Positions 12,300-25,020 are shown, numbered from the stretch's first letter. The stretch is DNA of 64,000 bases from Chiloscyllium plagiosum (GCF_004010195.1 NC_057718.1:2248458-2312457), one strand, 5' to 3'. The notes: generated from the letters alone by a model not told the origin. Made by a program: numbers and translations.

Positions 12300-13140
12300 A
12301 AGCAGCAGTAGGCCATTTGGCCCGTCGAGCCTGCTCCACCAATCATTAAGATCATGGGTGGCACGGTGGCACAGTGGTTAGCACTGTTGCCTCACAGCGC
12401 CAGAGACCCGGGTTCAATTCCTACCTCAGGCAACTGTCTATGTGGAGTTTGCACATTCTTCCCCGTGTCTGCGTGGGTTTCCTCCGGGTGCTCCGGTTTC
12501 CTCCCATAGTCCAAAAATGTTCAGGTTAGGCGAATTGGCCATGCTAAATTGCCTGTAGTGTTAGGTGAAGGGGTAAATGTTGGGAAATGGGTCTGGGTGG
12601 GTTGCACTTCGGCGGGTCGGTGTTGACTTGTTGGGCCGAAGGGCCTGTTTTTACACTGTAAGTAATCTAATCTAATCATGGCTGATCTATCCATGGCCTT
12701 AGCTCCTCCCACTCTGTTATCTCCTTTACCATTAATTCCCCGACCGTGCAAAAACCCAACCAATTGTGTCTTCGATATATTTGATGAATCTGCCTCTATT
12801 GCTTCCTTGGGCAGAGAAGTCCATAGATTCATTACACTCTGGGAAAAGCAATTCTTCCTCATCTCTGTCCTAAATCTACTCCCCCTAATCTTGAGACCAT
12901 GTCCCCTAGTCCTAGTCTCACCCACCAGTGGAAACAACTTGCCTGCCTCTATCTTATCTATCCCTTCCCTAATTGTCTATGTTTCTGTAAGATCCGCACT
13001 CATTCTTCTAAATTCTCGTGAGTACAATCCCAGGCGGCTCAACCTCTCCTCGTAGGGTAACCCCCTCATCTCCAGAATCAACCTGGTGAACCTCCTCTGC
13101 ACTGCCTCCAAAGCCACTATATCCTTCCTCAGGTAAGGAT
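12300..13140 (-). mobile_element. CR1 3' fragment (host of a SINE insertion)
   Basis: PYLRKDIVALEAVQRRFTRLI and MFPLVGETRTRGH motifs. Confidence 0.85.
12356..12677 (+). mobile_element. Full-length HE1-type V-SINE
   Basis: A box tggcacagtgg, B box ggttcaattcc, V core and (taatc)n tail; inserted within aagatcatggctgatc of the CR1 3' UTR. Confidence 0.9.
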
Positions 13141-13489
13141 GGGATTCATTGGGATACTGTCCCACATCCCGAAACCTTTTCCAAGCCTCCCTCATACAAT
13201 AGGCAAGCCCTCAATTTCAAACTCAGCTTAGACAATGAAGCCTGAAATGTTTGAGAGAAAGTTATAAACACATTGAAGTTTTTAGATTAGATTAGATTAG
13301 ATTAGTTAGTGTGGAAACAGGCCCTTCGGCCCAACAAGTCCACACTGACCCTCTGAAGAGCAACCCTTCATCCAAACAAAATGATTCCTTCATAAATGAC
13401 CTTCTCAGTTTATAGTCTCTCTGTATTGAGCATCAGCACAGGTCAAGTGGGAAACAGACGGTTTGTTGTAGGGTCCTGCACACATGCAA

Positions 13490-14630
13490 ACTAGTAGCAG
13501 GAGGCAGGCCATTCAGCCCCATGGGCTCTGCCATTCAGTGAGACCTTGGCTGGTCAGACTGTGCCTTTGATTCCACTTCCCTCCTGATCCCCACGGCCCT
13601 CAGCTCCCTCAATAATCTAACTCCATCTTAAATAAACCCAATGACCCAACCTCCACCATTCTCTGGGAAACAGAGTTCCACTGACTAATGACCGTCTGAG
13701 GGAAAACAATTTCTCCTCACCTTTATCTTAAATAAAAAAGAATTCCCCATTTTTAAACTGAGCCCCTTAGTTCCAGACTCTCCTCCATCCTCTCAGAATC
13801 CATCCTGTCAAACCCCACTTCAGGATGTTTCAATAAGATCACCTCTCACTCTTCTCAGCTCCAAACAATACAGGCCTGACCTGGCCAAATTTCCCCAAAA
13901 GGTAACCCCCTCATCCCAGGAATCATCTTCAATGATGGTCTGCAAAGGGTTGTGACTGGTGCAAATTAACGGGGATAATTCACATTGAGAAGGGAAGGAA
14001 TCCTCATGAACCATTTGGAATTGTCCCTTCACTCTGAGACAGTCACCCTTGAGCCCTAGTCTCTCCTGCTAGTGGAAACACCTTCGCCATTCCATTGAGG
14101 CCTCTCAGCAACTTTCAATAAGATCCTTCTAAACTCCATCGAGCACAGACCCAGAGATCTCAATCACTTCTCATATGGCAAGCCCTTCACCCCCAGTGAA
14201 CCTCCTCTGGACTCCCTCCAAGGCCAGCAAATCCTTTCTTAGATAGGGAGCCCAAAATTGCTCACAATATTTCAAATGTGATCACCTTAGAGCCTTATAC
14301 AGCCTCAGCAGTGCATCCCTGCTTTTGTTTACCAACCCGAATGAAATGCATGCCAACAATATTTGCTTTCCTAACTACCAACTGAACCTGCATGTTAACC
14401 TTAAGAGAATCCTCAACCAGGACTCCTAAGTCCCTTTGCACTTAAATTTCCAAAGTCCTCCCCTGTTTACAGCATCATCTGTAACTCTATTCTTCATTCC
14501 AAAATGCATAACCTCACACTTTCCCGCATTGTATTGCATCTGCCATTTCTTGCCAACTCTGCTCGCCTGTCCAAGTCCTTCTGCAGCCTCCCTGGTTCCT
14601 CAACACTACCTGTCCTCCACTTATCACTGT
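13490..14630 (-). mobile_element. Two degraded CR1 fragments
   Basis: GLYCLELRRVRGDLIET motif and the reverse complement of WQMQYNAGKCEVMHF. Confidence 0.7.
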
Positions 14631-14914
14631 GCCATCTACAATCCTGAGCCTGTTATGAGTTGTCAATAACATGTGGAGTTCCAAGATATCAGGAAGGAGC
14701 ATAAATGAGTCAATACTCTGAATGTGAATCCATTCTCCGAATGGATATTTCACAGGAGTTTTGGGAGATGATACTGTCAGAAAACACGCATAAGTCACAA
14801 AGCAACAGGAAACAACACTGAAGCCAACTGTGTAATTTACTGAGATAATCGCAAGAACCAGAATTTGTATCTGTTGTTGGATTTATTTTTACTACCTAAT
14901 TTGTGGAAGTGCTG

Positions 14915-15305
14915 TCACCATTGAGGCCCAGCATTTATTGCCCCTTGAGAAGGTGGGGGTGAGCTGCCTTCTTGAACCACTGCAGTCCATGTGTTGTGGA
15001 TTGACCCAAAATGCCCTTAGGGAGGGAATTGAAGGATTTTGACTCAGTGACACTGAAGGAACGGTAATATATTTCCGGGTCAGGATGGTGAGTGGCTTGG
15101 AGGGGAACTTGCAGGTGGTGGTGTTCCCATGTATCTGCTGCCCTTGTCCTTCGAGATGGAAGTGATCATGGGGTTTGGAACGTGCTGTCTGAGGACCTTT
15201 GGTGAATATCTGCCCTGATCTTGTAGATAGTACACACTGCTGTGGCTGAATGTCGACGGTGGACAGAGTGGATGTTAATGCTGTTAGATGGAGGTCAATC
15301 AAGCT
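14915..15305 (-). mobile_element. 3' end of a second CR1-clade LINE family
   Basis: gggcaataaatgctgg 3' motif and GQQIHGNTTTCKFPSK-type text; same family at 50330-50640, 60577-61475 and 24430-25020. Confidence 0.7.
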
Positions 15306-16149
15306 CTTTGATCATTTGCCTGTTGATCTCTTACACTTCAGCTCTGAGGAAGGAAGCCACACATTAACTGTTCTATATCTGCCTTTTAGCTTTGTACATA
15401 AATTTTATTCCCGATATTCAATTCTTTGAGGGAGATTCCTGTAAAAACACTTACAGACCAACAAAAGGTAACCTAGAGCAACTCTACAGTGATTTTTCCC
15501 CTCACACCACCAGGATTGAGCATCCCATCCATAGGCACATCTCCAAGTCTGACGCAAGCTCACTGCTTCCCATGGATTGTTTGAAATTGGAATGTCTTTT
15601 CTGAAACCTCAAGGACAGAGTCGATATTTATTTCTTTTGCATTTTGCAATAGATTCATCAAAGCAGGAGAGTTGCGTCTGCGGGAGACCCTTCCTAGTCT
15701 CTGATGCTCTTTCATTTCTGGGCTGGTTTGAGGTCTATTCACTTTTAAACCAGTTTTGTTTGTTCCATTGCGTCAATGTGCATGCTGCACAGAAAGCCAC
15801 ATCCTTTCAAGCTGCAGCATGCACACAGCTGTGCTCTATTCAGGACAAATCTTTCAAACTGTTCCGTCAAAACCACTTTTGTCTTCTTTACCAGACACAG
15901 CAATTGAGGATGGGTCATTAGGTACATTCAAGACTGAGACAGACAGATTTTTAATGAGGAAGACAATGAAGGGTTGTGGGGAAAGTGGAATTGAGGGTTA
16001 TCAGATCAGCCATGGTTTCATTGAGTGGCATAACAGACATGATGGGCTGAATGGCCTAATTCTGATCCTACATCTTGAGGCCTTTGGCCTTACAGACCAG
16101 TGGGAAGGCTTCCTTTAATACCTTGTTCCGTGATTCCAGGCAGGTGATG

Positions 16150-16500
16150 CAAGTATATGTGAGCGTGTGCCCATCTGTGTGAGCTTGCTCATGGGTGTGA
16201 CCCTGTGTGTGTGAATGTGTCTGTTTGTGTTTTTCTATGTGCTTATGATTGTGTGTCAGAGTGTGTTTTTCTGTGTTTGTGAGCGTAAGAAATGTGTGTG
16301 CATGTTTGTATGTGTGAGCATGTGCGAGAGAGTGTGTACACTCGCGTATGAGTGTGTGAGATCATGCTTCTGTGTATGGTTGTGAGTGAGCTTACCTGTG
16401 TAAGTATATACGTGTGTGTGTATGTGTGTGTGTGTACATGTGTGTTTGAGAACAGAATACTGTGTGAGTACACATGTGCTTGTGTGAGTGTGTACAGATG
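16150..16500. repeat. Degenerate (TG)n microsatellite
   Basis: TG-rich low-complexity run. Confidence 0.85.
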
Positions 16501-16700
16501 AATGCTGTTAGTCAAAGGATTGCAGCTTCAGTAATTGAAGATAAATTAAATTCACTCACTAAGCCATTGGTCAAGCTCACTTTAATTCTTTGTAATATAC
16601 CCTTCACCTTGTGCTGTCTTTTACCAATCACATTTTATGTTCTAAATCTCTCCTGTTTACAGTAACCTATTTTTGGACAGCATTGTTAAATGAGCAGTGG

Positions 16701-16933
16701 TTAAAAATGTGTTGCTGGAAAAGCGCAGCAGGTCAGGCAGCATCAAAGGAGGAGAATCGATGTTTTGGGCATAAGCCCTTCATCAGGAATGAGGAGGAGC
16801 CTCATTCCTGAAGAAGGGCTTATGCCCGAAACGTCGATTCTCCTTCTCCTTTGATGCTGCCTGACCTGCTGCGCTTTTCCAGCAACACATTTTTAAGCTC
16901 TGATCCCCAGCACCTGCAGTCCTCACTTTCTCC
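16701..16933. mobile_element. Fold-back Penelope-derived element (family A) with 14-bp TSD
   Basis: Near-perfect inverted arms of about 90 bp (aaaatgtgttgctggaaaagcgcagcagg... / ...cctgctgcgcttttccagcaacacattttt); TSD TAAATGAGCAGTGG at 16687-16700 and 16934-16947. Confidence 0.88.
16808..16835 (+). ncRNA. Minimal type I hammerhead ribozyme core (Penelope-associated)
   Basis: CUGAAGA-A-GGGC-uuau-GCCC-GAAA-CGUC: both conserved boxes, a 4-bp stem II, palindromic ACGU in place of stem III, and a GUC cleavage triplet. Stem I pairing is short. Confidence 0.7.
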
Positions 16934-17799
16934 TAAATGAGCAGTGGGTCTGTTTTGGAGCTGCTGGCTGAGGTGTACATATTTTCCAGGGCATTAGGAT
17001 AGTACAATGGGATCGTTCCATCTACTGAGAGGCCAGAACATCAACTTAACATCTTCATCTGAAAATCAGCAAAACTGAGCCATTTGGCTGTTTGGAACTG
17101 GTTTCCCATTCTGTAGATCATGGCAGATCCAGTTCTGGTTTCAGCCTCACTTTCCCATCTGCACCTCCCAGACCCCGATGTCAAACAAAACATCTATCAA
17201 TCTCAATCATGAATAAATTCACCGAGTCAAACTCCACTGTTCCCTGAGGGAGAGAATTCTATCCATAAACTATCCTTCTCACCTCCATTTGGAAACAGAG
17301 GATGCTTATTCCTAAACTGTATTCCCAGAGTTTCAGTTTCTCCCTGAGGAGAACAAACATTGTTTCAACATCAACTCTGCACAGTCCCTTCAACATTTCA
17401 ATGGGATCATCATCTCTCATTACTCTGAATTCAAATCCTGGACAAGTTTAACAGCAGATAGAAACAAGAGGAGTCAGTCCAGAACTGATATTGACCTGTG
17501 TCGAAGCTGCTCTGGAGAGTAAAGGCCAAGTTTGACTCAGAACTTGTCGTTATTTGTAGATTATTCAATAAATCATTTTCATTTGTTAACCCAAAACTGC
17601 TGTTTGCCAATGCTTTATTTCATCAGTCTGAATACTCATTAAAGTAATTAGCAGAACCTTAGAAATTCTTGTTTTGTCAGGTTAATGACAAAACATTGGA
17701 GCAAACCAGAGATGCTGAATGACTTACTCCTTGTCCATTTTAGTGTGTGTGTAACACTCTGCCAAACTTATTGCAATGCAATCACTCAGAGGGACACTC

Positions 17800-18935
17800 A
17801 CTACTCCCTCAATTTAGTTAAGAAAGGATACACTGACATTGGAGCATTTCAAAGAGATTCATTAGACTGCCTTCTGGAAGAAGGAGTTGACTTAGCAAGA
17901 ATGGTTAAACATGATAGGTCTTTATTCAGAAGAGTTTAGAAGGATGAGGATTGATTTCAATGAAACATACAAGACTCTGAAGGGCTTAACAGGGTGTTAA
18001 TATTGAGAAGATGTTACTACAGCCTCAAGCAACTGTCTGTGTGGAGTTTGCACATTCACCTAGTGTCTGCGTGGGTTTCCTCCAGGTGCTCCAGTTTCCT
18101 CTCACAGTCCAAAGATGTACAGGTCAGGTGAATTGGCCATGGTAAATTACTCAGTGTTCAGGGTTGTGTAGGTTAGGTGCATTAATCAGGGGTAAATATA
18201 GGAATGCGGGACCAGTGTCTGCGTGGGTTTCCTCCAGGTGCTCCAGTTTCCTCTCACAGTCCAAAGATGCACAGGTCAGGTGAATTGGCCATGGTAAATT
18301 ACTCAGTGTTCAGGGTTGTGTAGGTTAGGTGCATTAATCAGGGGTAAATATAGGAATGCGGGATAGGGGAATGAGTCTGGGTGGGTTGCTCTTCAGAGGG
18401 TCGGTGTGGGCTTGTTAGGATAAAGGGACTGTTTCCTCACTGTAGGGATTCTATGAAATGGGGGAATCTCAAACCAGGGGACATAATTACAGAAAGTTTA
18501 ACATATGAGGAATGTTTGAGGACATTGGGCCTATACTTGACGGAGTTTAGAAGGATGAGGGGGGGATCTAATTGAAACATACAGAAAACTGAATGGCCTG
18601 GACAGGTTGGACATTGGGAAGAGCTTTCGATTGGTAGGAGAGACTAGGACCTGAGGACACAGCCTTAGAGTAAAGGGAAGACATTTTAGAACTGAAATAA
18701 GGAGAAATGTCTTCAGAGTGGGAAATCTATGGAATTCTTTGCCTCAGAAGGCCAGGTCATTGAGTATATTTAAAGACTGAGATAGATAGGTTCTTGATTA
18801 TCAAAGGGATCAAAGGTTATGGGGAGAAAGTGGGAGAATGGGATTGTGAAACGTATCAGCCATGATTGAATGGTGGAGCAGACTTGATGGGCTGAATGGC
18901 CTAATTTCTGCTCCTACGTCTTTATGGTCTTATGA
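17800..18935 (+). mobile_element. Nested CR1 fragments with an HE1-type SINE (about 18020-18455)
   Basis: CR1 C-terminal motifs (LTYEECLRTLGLYLTEFRRMRG), 3' UTR with tcttatgg tail, and V-SINE core. Confidence 0.8.
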
Positions 18936-19361
18936 TCAAATGGCGTTATGGTTGAATGAAGGGATACTCATTGAAAACTGAGATGGAAAAGGAATTTCTT
19001 CTCTAATGTGTGGGATTCTCTACCCCAGAGAATCCTGGGAGCTCAATGAATTAACTTATTTGGAAAGGTAGATAGATGTTTGAAATACCAGGCCAGGAGG
19101 AGTTGAGGCCTGGTGGGGCAGGCCTGAGAGGCTGCACAGTCTCCTCCTGCTCCTTTTCCTTACTTTCTCTTCATGGCTGTGCATCACTGCTCACACTTTA
19201 ACTCTGTCAAAGCTTTCACTCCTTCCCATTTTGGACATTTTCTCAGTGGGGCGTCAAATCTTGCAGGATCTAAATAAAATCCGGAATTCCACCTGGAATT
19301 ATCTTGCCATTACCTCTCCACCTATATATCCTGTGCCTGAGAGCCTCCCTCCACTTCAGAA

Positions 19362-19570
19362 CCTGTAAATCAGAAACAAAAACAGATATTGCTGGAAAAG
19401 CTCAGCAGGTCTGGCAGCATCTGTAGAGAGAAGTCAGAGTTGACGTTTCGGATCAATTGACCCTTGCAATTTTGAGGAAGGTTCACTGGATCTGAAATAT
19501 TATCTCTGCTTTCTCTCTACAGATGCTGCCAGACCTGCTGAGCTTTTCAAGCAATTTCTGTTTTTGTTTG
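19362..19570. mobile_element. Fold-back Penelope-derived element (family B)
   Basis: Inverted arms aaacaaaaacaga..gctggaaaagctcagcaggtctggcagcatctgtagagag / ctctctacagatgctgccagacctgctgagcttttc..tctgtttttgttt. Confidence 0.8.
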
Positions 19571-20921
19571 AAGCTCTGTGTTCATCAGGCCAATCTGGAT
19601 GAGGTACTTTGTTTTTTAATTCATCCCCAGGATAGTCATGTCACTGGCTAGGACCACATTGACTGTCCATCCCTAATTGCCCAGAGGATAGTTAAGAGTC
19701 AACCACATTGCTGGAGTCACATATATGCCAGATCATGTATGGCAGTTTCCTTCCTTAAAGGAGATTAGTGAACCAGATCGGTTTTTCCAACAATCAATAA
19801 TGGATTCATGATCATCATCAGACTCTTAATTCCAGATAGAGTCATAGAGCCATACAGCGCAGAAACAGACCCTTCAGTCCAACCAGTCCATGCCAAACCT
19901 AATCCCAAACTAAACTAGTCCCACCTGCCCATATCCCTCCAAACCTTTCAGCATTGGTAGTCAGTCTGTAAAGTTGATTTGCTTGCATACCCTATGTGGG
20001 GGATGTGACCTTCTCTGAACTGGAGATCCATATTAATCCCCTCTATCTCATGCAACAACAGCAACAGCAGATGGGTGAGGAGGAAGTGGCCACTGCTCCA
20101 TACAGCATTACTCCTCAGTTCATACCATTGCTGCTTCTCTCAAATGTCAGGGTTTGGCTGGAGGAGCTACTGCCCCACGTTACTTTGAAGGCTGACGTTT
20201 GATTAAAATTCCCACTTTTCCAAATAAGCAGAGGAAAACAGGAATCTGGGAATACTGATATACAAATTAAGGAAGCCAATGAATTAGAGAAACCAAGACA
20301 TTGATGGCAGTGGTGTGAAGAGGTCTATTCCCTGTGGGACAGAATTGATAAGCTGAGAAGTTACATTAAAAATTCTCCAGAATTTTGATTAGATCATATT
20401 TGGACGACTGTGAGCAGATTATAAAAAGGACATCAAAGTCTTGGAAAAGGTGCAAAAAGATCAGTTGTGATTACTGAGCTATCAGGAAAGAAACACTGGG
20501 CTTCAATTCTTTCCTCTCAGGCTGAGGGCTTGACTGAAAATGGCAGGATTTGTTTCTTGAGAAAAGAGTGATGAGGTATTTAGCATTAAGAAGATTTGAC
20601 AGAATTGACGTAGAGATGATGCTTTCAGTTCTGGATGCACCTTGAACTGGAGCTGTACATATAACAGTGGGTAAGAGTTCTGGATTCCAATGTCCCTCAT
20701 GTGAGGAAGTGTTTCCTCTCGAATTCAGTGATTGCCTCCCCATGTTCCAGGTCACTCCCAATCAATAGCAAGTCCATCTCGCTGTCAAATCCCCTCCCCA
20801 TTTCAAACAACTCAATCTGACCCCACCACCTTCCAGGTCAACAGGAATACATTCCCAGTCATTCCTAACAATCCAAACAGGAGTGTGTTGCTTGATAACA
20901 TTTTTTTGGAGCTCTGTGGTA

Positions 20922-21123
20922 CAGGTAGTTCTCTTATAATGCCATAGTTCAGTTGCCATGCCATCTCACTTAATAAGAAAATCATGCAATGCCAGCACCA
21001 TTTAAACTAATAGGGTCGGAATCATGTTACGGTCAATCCAGCTAAGGGAAATTCGTGTTCTCCAAATATCGGCCTAAATTCGGCCATCGTGTGTGAAACA
21101 CGTGCTGTAGGAGAAACCATCTG
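20922..21123. mobile_element. Non-autonomous Tc1/mariner (Tigger-like) MITE
   Basis: TA flanks both ends; imperfect TIRs caggtagttctcttata versus reverse complement cagatggtttctcctaca. Confidence 0.6.
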
Positions 21124-21264
21124 TACTCAGGCTGTGGAAATTCTCTACACCTATAAACAAACCAATTCCTTACCCACACCACTGCCCTCAAAATGGCCTT
21201 CAGAGACCTGACCCGCACTCAGCCAAGCTCGCCAACTGAACTCAGAATCACTTACTGGCAACAA

Positions 21265-21740
21265 CAACAACTGGCATTTGGGTGGCACCTTTAGGATAAG
21301 GTGCTTTGCCAGAACATTATAAAAAGACAATATGATGATATTTGAACCTTCCAGGGAGGTGACGAGGAGCTTATTCAAAGCGATAGATTGTAGGGGCTGT
21401 CAGAAAGACAAGAGGGGGTGGGGGAGGTGGAAGAGGTTTAAGGAGGGTATTTCAGAGGCTTGGGGTCCAGACAGCTGAAGACAAGACTAACAGGAGGAGA
21501 AATAGAGATGCTCAAGAGGCTGAAACTACAGGCACACAGAGATCTTATCTAGCTTTTGGGGTTGGAGGGGGTTACAGAGATAGGGAGGGGTGTAGGGGCG
21601 GGAACAAGTTACAGAGATAGGGAGGGGTCAAAGGGGTAGGAGAGGTATAGAGATAGGGAAGGGTGTAGCGGCTGCAGAAGGTTACAGAGCTAAAGAGAGG
21701 GGTCTAGGGACTGGAGGAGGTGACAGAGATACAGAGGGAC
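21265..21740 (-). mobile_element. L2-like LINE 3' fragment ending in a degenerate tandem repeat of about 40 bp
   Basis: Repeated gttacagagatagggagggg units at about 21560-21740, adjacent to L2-like 3' sequence; similar fragments at about 6690-7090 and 26900-27250. Confidence 0.5.
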
Positions 21741-21806
21741 ATATTAACGCGTGTTAAACAGATTTAATCACTTGAATAATGTCTTCTTAATAAGTTTTCA
21801 ACTTAC

Positions 21807-21979
21807 TTCTATTTTGAACAGTCTGTCCATTTGTCAAAATGAAGCTTATTCACATTATCAATAGACATTAACATAGATTTCTGATCAGTTTCTCTGCTCA
21901 CATGCCACCTTTTCTGATCTAGGATGGCTACTGAACGGTGTAAAATTGTGACAGCTTTTGGGAGAGGTGATGCGGATAA
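21807..21979 (-). other. Putative internal exon of a minus-strand transcript
   Basis: Acceptor tatttctccag| and donor GAA|GTAAGT; contains aaaATGg starting MDRLFKIE, which ends in phase 0 at the donor. Confidence 0.4.
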
Positions 21980-22439
21980 CTGGAGAAATAGTGTCACACT
22001 CAAACCACCCATTGGCACTGGCTCACCAGAAAACCCACAAAAAAAATCCCCACTTTCTTTGCACATCTCCTTTGATGCCAGCTCTGAAAAACAGCAGCAT
22101 GATCATCAGATGGTGTGATCCAAAATGCACACTTTACCTACAACAAAACTGCAAGCTTTCTGAAACTAATTTTTTTTCCACTCCGCCTCAGGGTGCACGT
22201 ACCTGCCAGGCTGGAAAATGAGTCTCAGTACCTTTCTTGTTGCAATGTTACTGAAAGTCAAACTCGGCGTAAGTGCTAGCTCTTGACATTCATAAATTTC
22301 TGACCCTTCAGGCAACAGAGAAAGACACACACATCGAGAGAGAGAGGGAGCCAGTGCAGATCATCCCAACATAGTTACTTCCTGATTCACCAGCTCAGTC
22401 CGATCTTTGCCAACCATTGAGTGAGTAGGCACCTTGCTT

Positions 22440-22900
22440 CAGACTTTAGTATTAACACCATTTCGACACAAACTGCGCGCCTCTTCGTGTAACTCTCTAC
22501 TGGAAGTTTACTCACCAACATTCAAGGTGTTTCTTTCCTCGAAACCCGGCCGCAGGTGAAGATTTTCACAGAGGAACCTCTCACAGAATTGACACACACA
22601 CACACAAAACTACCAGCAGAAAGTCACGCCCCTTGAAAACTTTCAGCCACTTCCTGGTGTTTGCGACTCCTTTACCTTAAAGTTCAGAAAAGAGCCTCAG
22701 TTGATGAAGACATCTGCCCCAGAGAGAGAGAGAGACACACACACTGTACAGAGCAACGCCCACGTGGCGGTGTGGGCGAACAGGTATTCGGAGTTTGTGG
22801 AATTCACTGCCCAGGGATATTGGTTTTTGTTTTGAAGTTCACGCTGATGAGGAATGTGTGCTGGAATTTTCACCTTGAGAGGGAGTGGAGGTAACTTTTG
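22440..22900. promoter_or_regulatory. Candidate (bidirectional) promoter / first-exon region
   Basis: Repeat-free and locally CpG-enriched; ETS-like CACTTCCTGGT (22648-22658), SP/KLF-like GTCACGCCCC (22623-22632), E-box CACGTG (22761-22766); minus-strand donor TTG|GTGAGTA at 22516/22515 and plus-strand donors CAG|GTATT and GAG|GTAAC. Confidence 0.5.
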
Positions 22901-24429
22901 GAAATTGTGCCAAGCTGTTTGGAATAACGCAAGGTCAATGGGCGAGTTTACACCCCAATTGGAAATGCTGGACCTTGCTCCTGCTCCTGTCAGCACTCCT
23001 CTGGTTCTCTGAGTATTGTCTGTTCCCCAGACCATCCTGCTGTCAGTATTGATAGTGGGTGGGGTTGAAGGTTAGGGCCATTGGACCAGTGAGGTTGATC
23101 TTTGGATGGAAATGGTATCATCATAACAGCTGGAGCAATTCCAATTCACCAGGATCAGGATCGGGATCAGAAAGCCTGTCTCAGTGATGGTGTCCATACA
23201 ACTGACATCAAATATCATGAAAACCCACCTGGGTCACCAATGCCCTTTAGGGATGGAAATCTGCCATCCTTACCTGGTCTGGCCAAATGTGACTCCAGAC
23301 CCACAGCGATGTGCGTGGCTCCTAACTGCCCCCTGACATGGGCAATGAATGCTGCCCTAGCCTCAGATGCCCACATCCCACGGGGCAGGGGTTTGAATGT
23401 TTGTTCTCATTGACAGGGAGGGTACCAACTGGTGGGAATCCCAGAGCTTTCCCACCTCCCCCTCAGGCCAGTGTGAGAAGGCCAGAAGAAGGCCTTGTTA
23501 TGTATCACTAACTGAGATCCATGCCCCCACCAGTATGTTCAACCAGCAATGGGCGGGGGGGGGGTCAGCACTTGGGCAGCAGAGGGCAATCACACTGTCC
23601 CTTTGATCAAAGGTTCCCAATTGGACCCACATTCAGATGGAGGAGTGGGGAGGGGTGAGGGCGGGGTCAGTGGCAATCACTGACAGCCACCTTCCTGCAC
23701 TTGCCTCCAAGCCCCTCACCCTCACAATGTCTACCCCTCGGATCCAATGACCACCATCTCTCCCCTCTGCCTGCCTCTGACCCTCAGCCTCGAGTGAGGC
23801 TAATGCTAGAAACCACATCTTCAGCCTCTGTTGGACAACTTTCAGCGTCCAATCAGATGTCAGGTCAGGGTCAGGGTGGGGCATTTCTACAGGGTATGAC
23901 CCCAGGGGAAGACTTTTGCTGGCCATGTGACCGGCACTCAATACAGGAGACTATCCTTAAAGGATATAATACAGTCTTCACACCAACTGTGCAGCCAATG
24001 GGTGAGATCCCTTGGTCTGCATTGATATGTCACCTTTAGCCTCAGGTCTCTTCATAAAAGCTCAGTATATAGCCCTTAATCTGCTGCATCCAGCATTCCT
24101 TATTGGAAAAAGTGCTGAACTCCCCATCGCTGAGGATGTGGATATTTGTAGAGCCTCCTCCTCCACTGAGTTTTTTAATTGTCGCGGATAAATATTTTTA
24201 CACATGTTCTTGTATACTGTAAATACAGAATTGTCGGTTGGAGCTGGGAACTGATGTTATCAGTGTATAGGTTGGAATGTGGATCCTGGATAGGTATGTG
24301 ATGCGTAAGGGCACCAATAGGAACAAAATGAGTCATAGCCCTCTTCCACCTCAGGCAGCCTACAGAATTAAACAGCTAGAGTCCTCATTTCATCAAGATA
24401 AAAGCCTGTTCATTTAAACATCAACACAT

Positions 24430-25020
24430 ATCAGTCCGCAATCGTTTATGCTTTGACTGTTGCTGGTGGGATTGTTTAGCTCTGTCTCTCACTTGCTGTT
24501 TATGCTGTTTGGAACGCAGGTAGTCCTGTTTGGTGCTTCACCAGGTTGGCATCTCATCTTCAGGTCTGCCTGGTGCTGCTCCTGGCATGCCCTCCTGCAC
24601 TCTCCATTGAACCCAGGGTTGATCCTCTGGTTTGATGGTAATGGGTGAGTGGGGGATATGCCGGGCCCTGAGGTTACAGATTGTGCTGGAGCACAGTTCT
24701 GCTGCTGTTGATGGTCCACAGCGTGTCATGGATTCCCAGTCCTGAGTTGCTAGATGTGATTGAAGGATATAATACATTTAGCACAGTGATACTGCCACAC
24801 AACACAATGGAGAGTATTCTCAATGTGAAGGTAGAACTTTGTCTCCACAAGGACTGTGCAATGGTCACTCTTACTGATACTGTCATGGACAGATGCAGCT
24901 ACAGCTGGCAGATTGATAAGGATGAGGTCAGGTATGTTTATCCCTCTTGTTGGTTCCTTCACCACCTGCTGCAGACCCAGTCTCGCAGCGATGTTCTTTA
25001 GGACCTGACCAGCTCCATCA
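24430..25020 (-). mobile_element. CR1-clade LINE ORF2 fragment (endonuclease end and linker)
   Basis: VKEPTRGINIPDLILINLP...SISKSDH endonuclease motif and IKPEDQPW. Confidence 0.75.

Noticed and set aside
12356..12430. tRNA genes
   Set aside because: The A/B boxes belong to SINE heads and continue into SINE bodies.
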